Shown one piece after another: positions 1 through 9,725 of a stretch of 64,000 nucleotides of DNA. The position numbers were made by a program, and so were the translations under genes. The notes beneath the pieces are model-generated. The model ran no database searches, had not been told where the DNA came from, and worked only from the letters and a program-made list of their open reading frames with translations. Origin of the DNA: Methanomassiliicoccales archaeon (GTDB taxonomy: Archaea; Thermoplasmatota; Thermoplasmata; Methanomassiliicoccales; JACIVX01). The stretch is taken from NCBI GenBank assembly GCA_038850735.1, contig JAWCLO010000007.1, positions 31,447 through 95,446 of the forward strand, written 5' to 3'. Position 1 is the stretch's first letter; every line of letters begins with the position of its first letter.

Positions 1-618
1 ACGACAGGGCTTGCAATCCCTCTCAAAGCGATAAATGACGCATTTGGGATCGATCTTGTTGTTGTCTCAACATATCAAGCAGTTTCTGGCGCAGGATATC
101 CAGGTGTTCCTTCTCTAGATATTTTGAGTAATGTGATCCCATTTATCAAAAACGAGGAGGAAAAAATGGAGTCGGAGATATTGAAACTCCTGGGCAGGCT
201 GTCTTCTAACGGCGTTGAATTTGCGAATTTTGAGGTGCTCGCGAACTGCGTTCGCGTACCTGTTATTGACGGACATCTTGAGTCCGTAACTCTGCGGCTC
301 AAAGAAAATCCAACAATTGATGAATTTACAGAAGTACTTATCAATTTTAAAAGCGAAGCTCAGCGTCTGAACCTACCAACAGTTCCTATTGCACCTATTA
401 TCGTACAGATGGGACAAGACAGACCGCAACCTCTGATGGATGTATATGCCGGCGAACCATCCAGAGCAAAAGGAATGGCTGTGACGGTAGGAAGAATAAG
501 AAGAAAGAATAATTACTACAAAATGTTCATTCTTTCGCATAATACAATAAGAGGTGGTGCTGGCGGATCTGTATCAAATGCGGAACTTGCATACGTTCGG
601 AACCTGCTGGAGCGCTAA
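1..618 (+). CDS. asd: aspartate-semialdehyde dehydrogenase, C-terminal part (5' end lies outside the window)
   Basis: Frame 1 is open from nt 1 (TTGLAIPLKAINDAFGIDLVVVSTYQAVSGAGYPGV...) and runs into ORF 124..618. 'STYQAVSGAG' and 'SHNTIRGGAGGSV' are typical Asd segments. Confidence 0.85.
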   Translation, partial: TTGLAIPLKAINDAFGIDLVVVSTYQAVSGAGYPGVPSLDILSNVIPFIKNEEEKMESEILKLLGRLSSNGVEFANFEVLANCVRVPVIDGHLESVTLRLKENPTIDEFTEVLINFKSEAQRLNLPTVPIAPIIVQMGQDRPQPLMDVYAGEPSRAKGMAVTVGRIRRKNNYYKMFILSHNTIRGGAGGSVSNAELAYVRNLLER

Positions 619-685
619 GAGAAAAGGTATAAATTTAACGATAGTTATCATCGACCTATTCGGGTATGTCAGCGGAGGTTGAACG

Positions 686-1846
686 TTGAGAACGTATGAA
701 GAAATCAATGAGAAGATCAAGCGCGGCGATGTAGTGGTGATGACCGCTGAAGAAGTCATCAAAGTTGTTGAGAGTCAAGGTTTGGAAAGTGCAACGAAGG
801 AAGTTGATGTTGTGACGACTGGCACGTTTGGAGCTATGTGCTCCTCAGGCGCTTTCCTTAACTTTGGCCACTCGGAACCGCCCATAAAAATGCAAAAGGT
901 ATGGCTTAATGATGTCCCGGCCTACACAGGTCTTGCGGCAGTTGATGCTTACATAGGCGCAACTGAGCTGAAGGAGAACGGAGATCTTGACTATGGCGGT
1001 GCACATGTTATAGAAGAGCTAATTGCGGGGAAACCAGTTCACTTAAGGGCCACCGCATACGGCACAGACTGCTACCCACGTCGCAGCATTGACACTTATA
1101 TTTCATTGAAAACGATCAATCAAGCTTATTTGTTCAATCCAAGAAACGCATATCAGAATTATGCAGTTGCCACCAATTCATCTGATACGACATTATTTAC
1201 CTATATGGGGAAGCTTCTCCCGAACTATGGAAATGCGACATATAGCAGCTCAGGTCAATTGTCTCCCCTTCTAAAAGATCCCTGCTGTAGGACAATAGGA
1301 ATAGGTTCAAGGATTTTCATTGGGGGAGCTAAGGGATTTGTAGCATGGGAAGGAACTCAGTACAATACGGCGGTTCCGACTAGAAACGGGGTTCCAACCA
1401 GGGCGGCGAGAACTCTGGCAGTGATAGGAGATATGAAGGAAATGTCAACAGAGTTTGTTAGAGCGCTCTATTTCCACAGATACGGTGTTTCGCTTGCCGT
1501 TGGTATTGGCGTGCCAATACCAATACTTGATTCTGAGGTAATGAAGTATGCTTCACTCAGCGACAAAGAACTTTTTGCGCCCGTCCTAGATTATTCCCTT
1601 CAATCCCGGAGTAGAAATCCTCTGAAAGAAGTAAGTTACGCTGAACTTCGCAGTGGATTTATCGAGCTTTATGGCAAGAAAGTGAAAACATCATCCTTAT
1701 CAAGCTATTATAAAGCTAGAATCATCGCAGAGAAGCTTAAGACCATGATTGAAGAGGGTGAATTCCTCCTGACCCGCCCAGTTCATGGTTTGCCAAGCGA
1801 ACGAGCATTCAAGCCGCTGGATATCAGGTCTAAAGAGGAGGTATGA
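686..1846 (+). CDS. COG1900/DUF39 homocysteine-biosynthesis protein (MA1821-like, without CBS pair)
   Basis: N-terminus 'YEEINEKIKRGDVVVMTAEE' is typical of the DUF39 family. TTG start is preceded by GCGGAGGT at 672-679. It lies directly downstream of asd and is coupled to a NIL-ferredoxin gene. Confidence 0.75.
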   Translation: MRTYEEINEKIKRGDVVVMTAEEVIKVVESQGLESATKEVDVVTTGTFGAMCSSGAFLNFGHSEPPIKMQKVWLNDVPAYTGLAAVDAYIGATELKENGDLDYGGAHVIEELIAGKPVHLRATAYGTDCYPRRSIDTYISLKTINQAYLFNPRNAYQNYAVATNSSDTTLFTYMGKLLPNYGNATYSSSGQLSPLLKDPCCRTIGIGSRIFIGGAKGFVAWEGTQYNTAVPTRNGVPTRAARTLAVIGDMKEMSTEFVRALYFHRYGVSLAVGIGVPIPILDSEVMKYASLSDKELFAPVLDYSLQSRSRNPLKEVSYAELRSGFIELYGKKVKTSSLSSYYKARIIAEKLKTMIEEGEFLLTRPVHGLPSERAFKPLDIRSKEEV

Positions 1847-2256
1847 CTCTGGTAAAAAAGAAGTTTTTATTGAGCTTCACGCCATCGATTGTGAACGAGC
1901 CGATCACTTACAAAATGGTAAAGGAATTTGATCTAATGGTAAACATCTTGAGGGCTGAGGTTAGTGAGCGCGGCGGAAGGCTATTGATCGAAGTCGACGG
2001 CAAACCTTCTCAGGTGAGCAAAGGAGTTGGCTTCCTGAAAAGCGCGGGCGTGGAAGTAAAGGAATTGAACGAATATGTGAATAGAGACGAAGATCGTTGC
2101 ACACACTGTGGGGCTTGCCTATCCATTTGTCCTGCCGACGCATTTGAAATTGATGGAATGAGTTGGAAAGTGTCTTTTAAAGCGGCCAAGTGCATTGCTT
2201 GCGGCCTGTGCATTGACACTTGCCCACCGAGGGCCATGAAGTTGCGCATATGGTAA
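1843..2256 (+). CDS. NIL-domain protein fused to a 2x[4Fe-4S] ferredoxin (MA1822-like)
   Basis: Two CxxCxxCxxxCP motifs ('CTHCGACLSICP', 'CIACGLCIDTCP') follow an ~75-aa NIL-like N-terminus. ATGA start/stop overlap with the upstream gene at 1843-1846. Confidence 0.75.
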   Translation: MTLVKKKFLLSFTPSIVNEPITYKMVKEFDLMVNILRAEVSERGGRLLIEVDGKPSQVSKGVGFLKSAGVEVKELNEYVNRDEDRCTHCGACLSICPADAFEIDGMSWKVSFKAAKCIACGLCIDTCPPRAMKLRIW

Positions 2257-2993
2257 TACGAAAACATTTCGAAGTTGGCGAGACTGCGGTTAACATAATC
2301 GCTGAGGAACGATTCATCGGTTTGGCCGAATCTGCTATTTTCGAATCAAGGGAAGAAATACTCAGGTACGCATCTCGCGATCCATTTTTCTTGCTGACAA
2401 TTGAACCCTACGATCCTTTACCATCGGCTCCTTTCATTATTAAGAGAATGTGCACGGCTGCGAAATTGGCAGGTGTAGGACCCATGGCAGCTGTGGCCGG
2501 CGCGATCGCTGAAAGTGCTGTTGAGAAAATGGTGGATGCTGGGGCTGATCATGCGATAGTAGACAACGGTGGCGACATTGCAATGAAACTCAGCAGAAGA
2601 ACAGATATTGGCATATACACCGGTGATGATCTCGTGGAAAAGATCGGCTTCAGATGCGAGCCACGTGAAGGGATTTTTGGCATCTGCACATCATCGGGCA
2701 ACATAGGACACTCAATATCATTTGGAATATCAGATGCTGCTGTGGTTATTTCGAAAAATGTAACATTGGCCGATGCCTGCGCGACTTTATTAGGGAATCT
2801 TGTGACATCTGATGATGAGAACATCATTAAAAACGCCATTGAAAGGGTGTGCTCAATAGATGGTGTAGAAGGGGCATTAGTCATCGTAAACGGAAAAGTT
2901 GCAATGAAAGGGACAATTCCCAAGCTGATAAGATCAGAATTTTCTAAAGATAGCATATCAAAGATCACATTCCCATCGCAATCTAGGCAATAA
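2250..2993 (+). CDS. UPF0280 / ApbE-superfamily protein (COG2122)
   Basis: 'GPMAAVAGAIAE' and 'IVDNGGDIA' are typical of UPF0280. ATG 2250 sits 1 nt before the upstream TAA (2254-2256), so the ORF-track start 2220 is probably too early. Confidence 0.7.
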   Translation: MVIRKHFEVGETAVNIIAEERFIGLAESAIFESREEILRYASRDPFFLLTIEPYDPLPSAPFIIKRMCTAAKLAGVGPMAAVAGAIAESAVEKMVDAGADHAIVDNGGDIAMKLSRRTDIGIYTGDDLVEKIGFRCEPREGIFGICTSSGNIGHSISFGISDAAVVISKNVTLADACATLLGNLVTSDDENIIKNAIERVCSIDGVEGALVIVNGKVAMKGTIPKLIRSEFSKDSISKITFPSQSRQ

Positions 2994-3116
2994 TTTGAAT
3001 GCCAATCGGAAAACCAGACCAAATTATTAGGCGAATCCTCTGCGGCGCTTTGAGCTGCGTCTAGGCGGGAAAGTTGGCCAATAAAAAAAGAGAATGGGGG
3101 AGAATATAGGAAGCTC

Positions 3117-3527
3117 TTAGACAATCCGCTTCCCCGCTTCCATGGATGCACTCTGGTTCCAAATCTCAACTGGCTCGAAAACCCATACACCTCTCGCCTT
3201 GAGATTCAACCTTGCCAGATTCTTATTCATGGCGTCAACCAGGGGACCAGATGTCTGATAGTCCTTTACCCTCGCCTTTATCTCAAATGACTTCATGCCG
3301 CTTACGAGAAGCATAGAGGCCAATTCGTTCTTCGCCTTCATTTCCCCGAGATTCTTGCTTGTCTTCTGCATAAGAACTGCTCCAACGGCAAGGCTGTCCT
3401 GCGAAGGTGCTACGAGGCTACCCACATGGACGATATGCACGTTACCTTCCGCATCCTTTGTTCCCAATATTTTTGCTGTACCAGGATCATTAATAATTTT
3501 CATGATCTCATCAGGAATCTTTATCAT
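3117..3527 (-). CDS. pyridoxamine-5'-phosphate-oxidase-like FMN-binding split-barrel protein
   Basis: 136-aa ORF with 'LGTKDAEGNVHIVHVGS' and a beta-rich profile typical of small PNPOx-like proteins. Clean ORF with a divergent promoter region. Confidence 0.55.
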   Translation of the reverse strand: MIKIPDEIMKIINDPGTAKILGTKDAEGNVHIVHVGSLVAPSQDSLAVGAVLMQKTSKNLGEMKAKNELASMLLVSGMKSFEIKARVKDYQTSGPLVDAMNKNLARLNLKARGVWVFEPVEIWNQSASMEAGKRIV

Positions 3528-3595
3528 ATTTCCACCGATTTGTATAGTTTGATTCGCAATATATAAGTATTATGATGTAATACAAATTTATACGA

Positions 3596-4420
3596 ATGAA
3601 AAGCGAACAACTGATTAATGAATTGGCAAATTTGAAAAGAGAAATTGAACGATTGAATGAAACGGTCCTTAATATTAGATATGATGATTTCAAAAGCACA
3701 TTCATTGAACAAATTCGAGATACATTGAGAAAAGAGAGCGAAAAGCTCTTGGAAACAGAAATGTGCAGATTTGATAGTTCCTCAAGTTGCACTAAAAAAG
3801 GCGAATGTATTGGCAAAATTCAAGAAGTGATGGAAGATGTCATAAGGCTTTTTAGCCAAGATGAAACTGATACTGCTTTGATTCTTTTGAAAGAACTAGA
3901 AGACACAATATCTGGATCTCGTTCCCCATGCCTCGATCCAAAGTGCTCAAAATTCGTCTTGGAAGTTTTGCAGAAAATTCGTTGTCACATGTTGATATTT
4001 GACACCTTCAAGTTTAGATTCAAGGCAGATAAACCTGAGAATAGAAAGTTTTCACCCAGCGTTTCAATGGACTTTTCTCCAGAACAGGCTGAGAAATTGC
4101 TCAGCCCCCTATCTAATGCCTGGCGAATCCAAATTTTGAGATATCTTTCGTCTGGTGAAAGGAGTTTCTCGGAAATAAGCCGCGAACTTGGCTTGCGTAC
4201 TGGGCATCTACAGTTCCATCTGAGACTGCTTAAGAATGCTGGATTTATAGAGGTGGATAGGAAGACACATATGTACTCATTAAAGCGCAAAGGCATTGCT
4301 GCACTTCGGGGGATCGGACAGCTAATCGAAATAGCAAATATCGGCGAGTCTTGTGCGGAAGTCGATGCGAAACAGAATATCTTCAAAGGGGACATGCAAG
4401 CAACCATAGATGGTAAATAA
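3596..4420 (+). CDS. ArsR-family winged-HTH regulator with Cys-rich, coiled-coil N-terminal domain
   Basis: The C-terminal segment 'LSNAWRIQILRYLSSGERSFSEISRELGLRTGHLQFHLRLLKNAGFI' is a classic ArsR HTH. The N-terminal ~170 aa carry six Cys, including 'CRFDSSSSCTKKGEC' and 'CLDPKC'. Confidence 0.7.
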   Translation: MKSEQLINELANLKREIERLNETVLNIRYDDFKSTFIEQIRDTLRKESEKLLETEMCRFDSSSSCTKKGECIGKIQEVMEDVIRLFSQDETDTALILLKELEDTISGSRSPCLDPKCSKFVLEVLQKIRCHMLIFDTFKFRFKADKPENRKFSPSVSMDFSPEQAEKLLSPLSNAWRIQILRYLSSGERSFSEISRELGLRTGHLQFHLRLLKNAGFIEVDRKTHMYSLKRKGIAALRGIGQLIEIANIGESCAEVDAKQNIFKGDMQATIDGK

Positions 4421-4599
4421 GAAATGCAGAAAGCGATGCCTGATTAAGCTAACCGATATTTGAAAAATTCACAATTTACGATTTTCGAAATGATTGTTCC
4501 CTATACGCCAATTTGTCATCATCTGCCAAAATAAATTGATCAAGCGCTTATCGTTAAATACTGATTGAACGTTGTGGGATGATTGCTAAGGGTGAACAT

Positions 4600-5463
4600 A
4601 TGGCACTGCGCATTGCTCTCCCAAATAAGGGGCGATTGAGCGAGCGATCGATTCAAATCATGAAACAGGCTGGAATTGAGATAGAAGACGGATCAGATCG
4701 ACGGCTCTTTGCCTCAGTTAAAGAAAAGGGACTTGAAATCATGTTCCTCAGAGCGCAGGACATCGTGAGATTTGTTTATCAGGGAGCTGTTGATGCAGGT
4801 ATTACTGGAAAGGATCTTGTCTTTGAGTCTGGACTCGATGTCGTTACGCTTGCCAATCTTAATTATGGATATTGCAGGCTTGTAGTAGCGGTGCCTGAAG
4901 CTGCTAACATCAATTCCATCGCTGACATCAAAGAAGAATCGACCGTTGCTACATCGTTTCCAAATCTCACAAAGCAATTCTTTTCCAGTATTGGAAAGAA
5001 AGTCAATATTTCAATAGTCTCAGGTGCCACGGAGATCACCCCATATATCGGTGTTGCAGATCTCATTGTTGATCTCGTTTCAACGGGATCCACATTGAAA
5101 ACTCACAGGCTGAAGGAGATCTCCACCATAGTTGAATCAAATGCTGTACTTGTGGCAAATAGAGAAAGCTTAAGTGAGAAAGGAAGAGAACTTGAAGAAT
5201 TGACGTCCTCTCTCAGAAGCGTTTCTGATGCCGAGAACAAGAAATATCTCATGGCAGACGTTCCTATTGACGCTCTTGATGAAATTAGGAAATTTCTTCC
5301 CGGCATCGCCGGCCCAACTGTAATGAATATCATGGGGCGAGAGGATATAGTTGCTGTCCATGTGGTTGTCGACAAGGACAGAGTCAATGATGCCGTCTTA
5401 AGACTCAAGGCGCTTGGTGCGACAGGCATCCTCATAGTTCCCATAGACAGAATGGTTCCATAG
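4600..5463 (+). CDS. hisG: ATP phosphoribosyltransferase, long form
   Basis: 'LRIALPNKGRL' and 'DLVSTGSTL' motifs. The C-terminal regulatory domain is present (about 287 aa). ATG 4600 follows AGGGTG; the ORF-track start 4579 is an alternative. Confidence 0.9.
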   Translation: MALRIALPNKGRLSERSIQIMKQAGIEIEDGSDRRLFASVKEKGLEIMFLRAQDIVRFVYQGAVDAGITGKDLVFESGLDVVTLANLNYGYCRLVVAVPEAANINSIADIKEESTVATSFPNLTKQFFSSIGKKVNISIVSGATEITPYIGVADLIVDLVSTGSTLKTHRLKEISTIVESNAVLVANRESLSEKGRELEELTSSLRSVSDAENKKYLMADVPIDALDEIRKFLPGIAGPTVMNIMGREDIVAVHVVVDKDRVNDAVLRLKALGATGILIVPIDRMVP

Positions 5464-6522
5464 GTGAGTATCGTGATTGAGAAGTGGATTAAGTCCACCT
5501 TACGAGATGTGAGCCTTTACTACAGTCCCACCGTCAAAGCATTTAGAATGGACAATAATGCCAATTTATTTGGTTCAAATCCAGTGGTTGATGACGTTTT
5601 AAATAATCTTACGGCTTCCGACCTCAACAATTATCCCACGACGTATTCAGATGACTTGAGACGTGCCCTTGCTCAATTCTACGGGCTAGAAATGAGCAAT
5701 TTTGTTGCTGGAAATGGGTCAGATGAGGTTTTGGATGTATGCATGAAGGCATTACTTGAGGCAGGCGATAAAGTCGTCATGCCTCATCCCACATATGCTT
5801 TGCATCCGTTCTTCGTAAAGGTTAACGGCGGTTCCATCGTTAGCGTCGATCTCGACGAGGAATTTCAACTCGATCCAGACGCCATAAACTCAACAGAAGG
5901 CAAGTTAGTTTTACTAAGCACCCCAAATAACCCAACTGGTAATAGTTTCCGAATGGAAGATGTCAGGGCAATAATAGAAGGAGTTGACCGACCTGTCATC
6001 GTGGACGAAGCATATGCTGAGTTTTCTGATCAGTCGTTTATAGAATTCGTCCGCAAGTACAGTAATCTGATCGTCACGAGAACATTTTCGAAAGCCTATG
6101 GGTTGGCGGGTTTGCGAATCGGATACGCAGCCGCCGATTTCGAATTAGCAAATGTGCTGCTGAGGGCTAAAACGCCATTGAGCCTCAATATCATAAGCGA
6201 AAAGACGGCAATCGAGGCGCTAAAGCGACAGGATTTCGTGAGGAGGACGGTTGAGGCTGTCCGAAAGGAAAGGAGTTTTCTTTCAGAAGGATTGAAAGAC
6301 TTGGGGTTTGAGGTGTACAGATCCGACACGAATTTTCTTCTTGCGAGATCCCCGATATCCTCTGAAATTCTTGTTTCAACCCTTGCCGCAAAAGGAATCC
6401 TCATCAGAGACTTTGGAAAGATAAGGCGGCTCGAAAATTGCGTGAGAATCACCATAGGACCGAGAGAAATAAACCAACAGCTTCTCGAGAAACTCAAGGA
6501 GGTTCTCATTCAGTGTCGATAG
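5464..6522 (+). CDS. hisC: histidinol-phosphate aminotransferase
   Basis: Class-II aminotransferase motifs 'NNPTGN', 'VDEAYAEF' and the PLP-Lys context 'RTFSKAYGLAGLRIGY'. GTG start abuts the hisG stop. Confidence 0.85.
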   Translation: MSIVIEKWIKSTLRDVSLYYSPTVKAFRMDNNANLFGSNPVVDDVLNNLTASDLNNYPTTYSDDLRRALAQFYGLEMSNFVAGNGSDEVLDVCMKALLEAGDKVVMPHPTYALHPFFVKVNGGSIVSVDLDEEFQLDPDAINSTEGKLVLLSTPNNPTGNSFRMEDVRAIIEGVDRPVIVDEAYAEFSDQSFIEFVRKYSNLIVTRTFSKAYGLAGLRIGYAAADFELANVLLRAKTPLSLNIISEKTAIEALKRQDFVRRTVEAVRKERSFLSEGLKDLGFEVYRSDTNFLLARSPISSEILVSTLAAKGILIRDFGKIRRLENCVRITIGPREINQQLLEKLKEVLIQCR

Positions 6523-7130
6523 AAATAGCCATTATCGATTACGGCGCTGGAAACCTTCATAGTATCCGCAAAGCACTTGAAATTGCCGGTGCCAGAGTTT
6601 CCATTATTAGAGATCCACGAAACTTGCTCGATGCAGAGTGCATAGTGTTCCCTGGTGTAGGAGCGTTTGGCAGAACAATGCAGAAACTTTCCACTTATTC
6701 AGAAGAAATCGTTGATCGTTTGAAAGATGGAACACCTTGCCTAGGCATTTGCATCGGCATGCAGATACTCTTTGAAGGAAGCGAGGAGGGCTCGGTTCCT
6801 GGTTTAAGTTTCATAAAGGGGAGAGTTGTCAGACTCGACGGCGGAAAAATACCTCACATGGGATGGAATAGTGTGTTGGGAAAAGATCCGCTTCTCGACG
6901 GCGTAGAATCAAGATACTTCTATTTCGCGCACTCTTTCCGCGCCAAACCCCGAGAAGAAGTTGTATCGTGCACGACGCAATATTATGGTGAATTTCCATC
7001 TCTTATCAAAAAAAAGAACACATATGGGACGCAGTTTCACCCTGAAAAGAGTAGTGCATCTGGTTTGAAATTCTTATCGAACTTTATCAAGTTTGCGGAG
7101 GACTGCCTTGATCGTCATTCCAGCCATTGA
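6513..7130 (+). CDS. hisH: imidazole glycerol phosphate synthase, glutaminase subunit
   Basis: 'IAIIDYGAGNLHS', nucleophile elbow 'LGICIGMQ' and 'GTQFHPEKS'. GTG 6513 is preceded by AAGGAGG (6497-6503). The ORF-track start 6438 would overlap hisC by 85 nt. Confidence 0.9.
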   Translation: MSIEIAIIDYGAGNLHSIRKALEIAGARVSIIRDPRNLLDAECIVFPGVGAFGRTMQKLSTYSEEIVDRLKDGTPCLGICIGMQILFEGSEEGSVPGLSFIKGRVVRLDGGKIPHMGWNSVLGKDPLLDGVESRYFYFAHSFRAKPREEVVSCTTQYYGEFPSLIKKKNTYGTQFHPEKSSASGLKFLSNFIKFAEDCLDRHSSH

Positions 7131-7842
7131 TCTCATGGGAGGAAATGTTGTCCAGCTTGTTGGGGGTGTACCGGGAACCGAGCGGGTAATGCTACCTGAT
7201 CCTGTAGCTGTGGCTAAGAGTTGGGAAAAGAAGGGTGCCCCTGCTCTTCATCTCATCGATTTAGACGCTGCAATGGAAAAAGGGACTAATTTCCAGATCA
7301 TAAAAGAAATCTTGAAAAACACATCAATTCCCGTCCAAGTCGGTGGTGGGGTGCGCTCTGAAGAACTAATCAGGAATTTGATAGCCGCTGGCGCGGCGCG
7401 AATTATCGTTGGGACAAGAGGAATCCTTGATCGCGATTGGCTCAGCAGAATGGTAAATCGATATCCAAATAAGATCATGTTGGCAATTGATATCAAATAC
7501 GGAAAAGTGCTTGTAAAAGGTTGGAGGGAACCGACAGGAGTATCAATTGATCGCTTGTTTAGCGAAATTTCAGTGCTACCGCTCGCAGGGGTGCTTTATA
7601 CAAATGTAGATATTGAGGGGAGAACCTCGGGAATTGATGTCCTGAAGACCAAAGAATTTATTCTGCGATGTCCGCATCCTGTTTATGTGGCCGGCGGTAT
7701 TAAGGACGTCGAAGATATCCGATTGATCGAAAGTCTGGGAGCCCATGGCGCGGTGGTTGGCATGGCAATCTATACTGGTGGTATCATCCCAGAAGAGATA
7801 TGGGGGAGAATTGATGAGGATCAGGGAAGCAAGAATGAGTAG
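7108..7842 (+). CDS. hisA: ProFAR isomerase
   Basis: 'IPAIDLMGGNVVQL', 'VGGGVRS' and 'VAGGI'. TTG 7108 lies 6 nt after GGAGG (7097-7101). TTG 7093 (ORF track) is the alternative start. Confidence 0.85.
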   Translation: MIVIPAIDLMGGNVVQLVGGVPGTERVMLPDPVAVAKSWEKKGAPALHLIDLDAAMEKGTNFQIIKEILKNTSIPVQVGGGVRSEELIRNLIAAGAARIIVGTRGILDRDWLSRMVNRYPNKIMLAIDIKYGKVLVKGWREPTGVSIDRLFSEISVLPLAGVLYTNVDIEGRTSGIDVLKTKEFILRCPHPVYVAGGIKDVEDIRLIESLGAHGAVVGMAIYTGGIIPEEIWGRIDEDQGSKNE

Positions 7843-8368
7843 GAAAACGAAGGAGACAGACGTTGAAATATTGATCAAGATAGATGGGTCTGGTAAATCA
7901 AAGGTAGAATGCAAAAATCAATTTCTTCAACACATGCTGGAAACACTTTCAAAGTATTCATCAATCGATATTGAGACCAACATTGTTGGGGATAATGAAC
8001 ATCATCTCGTCGAAGACACAGCGATAACGCTGGGAATGGGTCTCAGAGAAGCAATAGGAAATGAACCAATTGAAAGGATTTCGAGCGCAACTGTTCCCAT
8101 GGACGATGCACTTGTTACTGTAAGTGTTGACTTAATCGACCGCGCATATGCAGATATAGAATGTCCAGATGACTTGTATCGCCACTTTTTTAGGAGCTTT
8201 GCTATGGCATCAGGAATGACGCTACATGTATTAGTTCATAGGGGCTTTGACAACCACCACATCGTCGAAGCAGGCTTTAAGGCGCTCGGCATGGCACTCA
8301 GATCAGCTTTGCAGAAGCGGAAAGAATCTCTTACGACTAAAGGCGAGGTCCAAACCAGGAGGGAGTGA
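7814..8368 (+). CDS. hisB: imidazoleglycerol-phosphate dehydratase
   Basis: '[10 protein letters not shown]', 'NEHHLVED' and 'DNHHIVEA' IGPD metal motifs. ATG 7814 follows GGGGGAG. The ORF-track start 7745 lies deep inside hisA. Confidence 0.9.
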   Translation: MRIREARMSRKTKETDVEILIKIDGSGKSKVECKNQFLQHMLETLSKYSSIDIETNIVGDNEHHLVEDTAITLGMGLREAIGNEPIERISSATVPMDDALVTVSVDLIDRAYADIECPDDLYRHFFRSFAMASGMTLHVLVHRGFDNHHIVEAGFKALGMALRSALQKRKESLTTKGEVQTRRE

Positions 8369-9123
8369 GACTGTTGGCAAAAAGGATAATCCCTTGTCTT
8401 GATGTAACAGAAGAAGGCGTTGTCAAAGGTGTAAAATTTCAAAACTTATGTGGTGTAGGCAATCCGCCAGATCTAGCATCCGAGTATGAGAAACAGGGTG
8501 CTGATGAAATAGTTTTCCTCGATATATCAGCAAGTGTAAAAGGTAGAAAGACTCTTCTCGATGTTGTCAAGAAAACAGCGGAGAAGGTGTTCGTTCCGCT
8601 GACTGTCGGTGGCGGAATTAGGAGTTCTGCAGATATGCGAAAGGCACTACTTGCTGGTGCCGATAAGGTTTCAATCAATACGGTTGCAGTAGAAAAACCA
8701 GATACCGTAACGAGATGCGCCGAGGACTTTGGACGGCAGTGCGTTGTAGTTGCGATCGACGCAAAAAAAGAGGGAGATTCATGGCTGGTATATACACATG
8801 GAGGAAGTAAGCGGACAGATATCGATGCTGTTGAATGGGCAATGAAAGTCGAAGATCTGGGAGCGGGTGAAATCCTGCTGACCAGCATGGATGCCGATGG
8901 AACACAGACTGGCTATGACATTGATTTAACGGCAGCTGTAAGTGACGCCGTCAATATCCCAGTGATTGCTTCTGGAGGCTGCGGCAAATTGGAGCATTTC
9001 TACGAGGTTTTTTCGCAGACCGGCGCAGATGCAGCCCTTGCCGCTTCAGTATTTCACTATGGGATCTACACTGTAGGCCAGGTGAAAGAGTACCTCAGAG
9101 ACAGGGGGATTACTGTAAGATGA
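8365..9123 (+). CDS. hisF: imidazole glycerol phosphate synthase, cyclase subunit
   Basis: 'RIIPCLDV', 'TVGGGIRS' and 'ASGGCG'. GTGA start/stop overlap with hisB. Confidence 0.92.
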   Translation: MRLLAKRIIPCLDVTEEGVVKGVKFQNLCGVGNPPDLASEYEKQGADEIVFLDISASVKGRKTLLDVVKKTAEKVFVPLTVGGGIRSSADMRKALLAGADKVSINTVAVEKPDTVTRCAEDFGRQCVVVAIDAKKEGDSWLVYTHGGSKRTDIDAVEWAMKVEDLGAGEILLTSMDADGTQTGYDIDLTAAVSDAVNIPVIASGGCGKLEHFYEVFSQTGADAALAASVFHYGIYTVGQVKEYLRDRGITVR

Positions 9124-9725
9124 TTTCCAAGTTGAAATTCGATGAGAACGGACTTATTCCTGTAATCGTCCAAGACGCAGAAACGAATGAAGTGCTCATG
9201 ATGGCCTACGCAAATGAAGAAGCTTGCAAGAGAATGTTTGAAACTGGCAAGACTCATTTCTACAGCCGGTCAAGGAAGAAGCTATGGATGAAGGGTGAAA
9301 CCTCGGGAAACGTTCAGGATATCGTCTCGATACAACTTGATTGCGACTCTGATACCCTCCTCGTTCGAGTACGCCAGACAGGGAATGCTTGTCATCTCAA
9401 TAGACCATCGTGCTTCGAAGAAGTTCTTTACGGAGATCTTTCGGAGACTGCCTCCATCATCCCGGAACTAAGAAGAGTGATCCACGACAGAAAGATGAAC
9501 CCAAAGGAGGGGAGCTACACCTGCAAATTACTTGAAGATGAGAACAAGCTATTCAAGAAAGTCGTTGAGGAGGCGGCTGAACTCATCATTGCTGCAAAGG
9601 GTGGCGACCGCTCACAGGAAGCGTGGGAGACCGCAGATCTCATTTATCACTTAATGGTTTTGCTTGAAAAGATCGAATTGCCGATTGGCGATGTGTATAA
9701 GATCCTTTCGGAGCGCAGAAAATGA
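9120..9725 (+). CDS. hisI: bifunctional phosphoribosyl-AMP cyclohydrolase / phosphoribosyl-ATP pyrophosphatase
   Basis: N-terminal PRA-CH segment ('IPVIVQD', '[16 protein letters not shown]', 'DCDSDTLL') plus a C-terminal PRA-PH helix bundle ('[22 protein letters not shown]'). ATGA overlap with hisF. Confidence 0.9.
   Translation: MISKLKFDENGLIPVIVQDAETNEVLMMAYANEEACKRMFETGKTHFYSRSRKKLWMKGETSGNVQDIVSIQLDCDSDTLLVRVRQTGNACHLNRPSCFEEVLYGDLSETASIIPELRRVIHDRKMNPKEGSYTCKLLEDENKLFKKVVEEAAELIIAAKGGDRSQEAWETADLIYHLMVLLEKIELPIGDVYKILSERRK

Noticed and set aside
2549-3190. 213-aa minus-strand ORF antisense to the ApbE-like gene
   Set aside because: It lies almost entirely inside a motif-supported plus-strand gene. 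Its composition is Ser/Pro/Phe-rich, as expected from reading a coding strand backwards. It has no SD or TATA context and would collide with the 3117..3527 gene.
6438-6512. Long N-terminal extensions in the ORF track (hisH 6438, hisB 7745, mtnP 14429, hypF 16787, NTPase 34774, tusA 60386, ApbE-like 2220)
   Set aside because: The extensions overlap upstream genes or promoters and lack family-typical residues. Internal starts with GGAGG-type SD motifs or TATA spacing match the conserved N-termini of the families.
5103-8888. Series of 130-150-aa antisense ORFs across hisG, hisC, hisF (5103..5498, 6096..6509, 8439..8888)
   Set aside because: Each is fully nested opposite a his gene with canonical motifs. 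The translations are Ser/Thr/Pro-rich with no recognisable domains.
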